Of a stretch of DNA of 64,000 nt, positions 62,168-64,000 are shown piece by piece. Every line of letters starts with the position of its first letter. The stretch's first letter is position 1. Source of the DNA: Mobula hypostoma (taxonomy: Eukaryota); contig NC_086109.1 in the NCBI RefSeq assembly GCF_963921235.1, positions 22,632,001-22,696,000 of the forward strand. The letters are read 5' to 3'. The position numbers and the translations under genes were made by a program. The notes beneath the pieces were generated by a model that did not search any database, was not told where the DNA came from, and saw nothing but the letters and a program-made list of their open reading frames with translations.

Positions 62168-62899
62168 TTTGTTTACATAATTCATTTTGGGTTTAGGTAA
62201 GAAGTACATGAATGACACATGTCCTTGCACCACCACGTCATATGTGAGCAACTCACTAAAATAAAAAGAAAGGAAAAACTAAGTAGACAAAATATATCCC
62301 GGCTCTTGTGCTTTTCTTTTGATTAGTTTCTGGACTGAACAGTAATGCGCACTCCTAAAAACTTGAAATTCTCGACCTTTTCGAACCCTCTGGAACTTAG
62401 TACCATGGATGTAAATAGTTTACTATTTACAATTCATGAAGTCAATAGCCAGTTTTTTTGTTTTGCTCACATTGAGGGAAAGCTGTTGCATAACACCATG
62501 TCACTAGGCTCCCTGTCTACTTCCTGCACTCTGACTCATCAGCCCACATTGATGCTGTCATCTGCAGATTTGTCAATGGAGTTAGAGTAGAAATTGGCCA
62601 CACAGTTACGAGCATATAATGAGTAAAGTAGAGGGCTGTGGACACAGCAATGTGGGGCACTAGATGAGGCTAAACGTAGTGGAGGTGTTGCTGCCCCTTC
62701 TTACTAACTGTGGTCTGTTGGTCACAAAGTCATGGTTCCAGTTGCAAAGCTCCAGTCTCCAAGTTCTGAGAGGAGTTTGCTTGGAATTACCGGTACTGAA
62801 GGCAGACCTGTGGTCAATAAACGATAGCCAAGAAACAATCATTTATATGGAATCATTGATACCATTTTCTGAACATACAAAGGAGCTTTTCACAAAATA

Positions 62900-63190
62900 A
62901 TTATTTTTAAGGAATAATTGTTTTTTAATGTGGGAGGCAGGATGGTCAACTTGTACAGAGTGAATTTCCACAAATAGTAATAAGATAATAACTGGATAAG
63001 CTGTATCTGTAATGTCATCTAAAGGATAAATACTGGCTGGGACACAAGAGATAATTCTCCTGCTTTCTTTTGAAATGGTGCCATTGATCTTTAGTTCTCG
63101 TGAGAGTGTAGTTGGGCCTTTGGTTAATGACTCATCCAAAAGACAAATCTCTTCTCCACCTCAGCAGCCAAGGCATCCTGAAAATCAAAC
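62900..63190 (-). mobile_element. Deu-domain SINE remnant (SacSINE1/AmnSINE1-like)
   Basis: ggataaatactggctgggacac…ctcctgct…ttttgaaatggtgccattgatcttt…ggttaatgactcatccaaaagac matches my recollection of the reverse Deu domain. Confidence 0.6.
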
Positions 63191-63429
63191 TGTACGCTCG
63201 CGTGCGTAGCTTCCACTAAGTTTTCAGATCTATGTTGATGCATTGGGATCCCATTACCCTCTTATTAACTTCCACATTTAATCAAGGTACTTCTGAATTT
63301 AATTGGGAAACGCCCTTGGGAGAGATGGGTTGGCAAACGAATAACTTATTAAGTAGTGGTAGCCAGAGTCTGGGGCATCCAAAACTAACTCACATTCCTT
63401 TACTCCTGCAGAGGATGCAAACAAACTCC

Positions 63430-63720
63430 AAGCTTAAAGATTTAAACATTAGCTTTATTTGTCATATGTACCTTGAAACCATCAAAACATACAGTGAAAT
63501 GCATTGCTTTATGTCAACTCAAATCACCGAGGATTCTGCTGGATAGCCTGCAAGTGCGCCAGTAGAGCATGACTACAACTCACTAACTCTAACCATAAGT
63601 CTTTGGAATATGGGAGGTCACAGGGAGAAAGTACAAACTCCTTAAGAGAGCGGTGGGCATTGAACCCCATTCTTAGAGCTGGCGCTGTAAAGTGCGGCGC
63701 TAACCACTATACTACCGTCC
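63430..63720 (-). mobile_element. V-domain-family tRNA SINE, internally deleted
   Basis: Reverse B box gcattgaaccc and reverse A box gctaaccactatactac; 3' part is shared with 1840-2000. Confidence 0.7.
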
Positions 63721-64000
63721 CACTCTTACAATTCAGTTCAGCATCTAGACAGTGGAAATCAATGAGGAGTTTTGACCAGAAATGCTGACTGTTCACTTGC
63801 CTCCATAGGTGCTGCCTGACCCATTGATTTCCTCTAGTGCTTTGTGTGTTGACACAGATTCCAGCACCTGCAACTGTTTCATCACCTGTGGAAGTTGTTT
63901 GATGCTTTAATGCGCATCAACAGGATTCAGTCTTATGAGCAGCTGACACTAGATGAAGTTGGATGAGAATGACAGCCATCTGCTAAAGGGGATAAACCTG

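Larger units (their letters stand above)
58946..62341 (+). mobile_element. Second decayed Mag-like Gypsy element (same family as 34407-38469), gag/RT deleted
   Basis: Partial 5' LTR fused to RNase H (…GVKSFNQYLNEREFTFLTDHQSL). Integrase SDNGPQF…FLKMNGIRHI / SAPYHP…GLVERFVQ. PPT gggaggag precedes the 3' LTR at 61614. TSD gtaaa/gtaat. Confidence 0.9.

Overview
This is repeat-dense vertebrate non-coding DNA (intergenic or deep intronic). The repeat set (V-domain tRNA SINEs, Deu-domain SINE remnants, many CR1 LINEs, Penelope pseudo-LTRs, Rex1/Babar-like LINE ends) suggests a cartilaginous fish, probably a ray or skate; this is an inference. I found no host protein-coding gene, RNA gene, CRISPR array or prokaryotic system. 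Every recognisable ORF comes from a retroelement: CR1 esterase/APE/RT, Penelope GIY-YIG, a Hero-type RLE endonuclease, or two decayed Mag/K02A2.6-like Gypsy elements. The most interesting signals are: (i) minimal hammerhead-ribozyme motifs in Penelope pseudo-LTRs, including small palindromic pLTR-only insertions with 11-15 bp target duplications that truncate or fold back at the ribozyme; (ii) a Hero-clade element with one reading frame broken only by two TGA stops; (iii) several families of non-coding RTE-related elements; (iv) deep insertion nests with readable target-site duplications (TSDs); (v) a few repeat-free TAAT-rich islands and CTCF-like motifs that may be regulatory. Family names come from motif recognition, not database searches, and the edges of old repeats are approximate.
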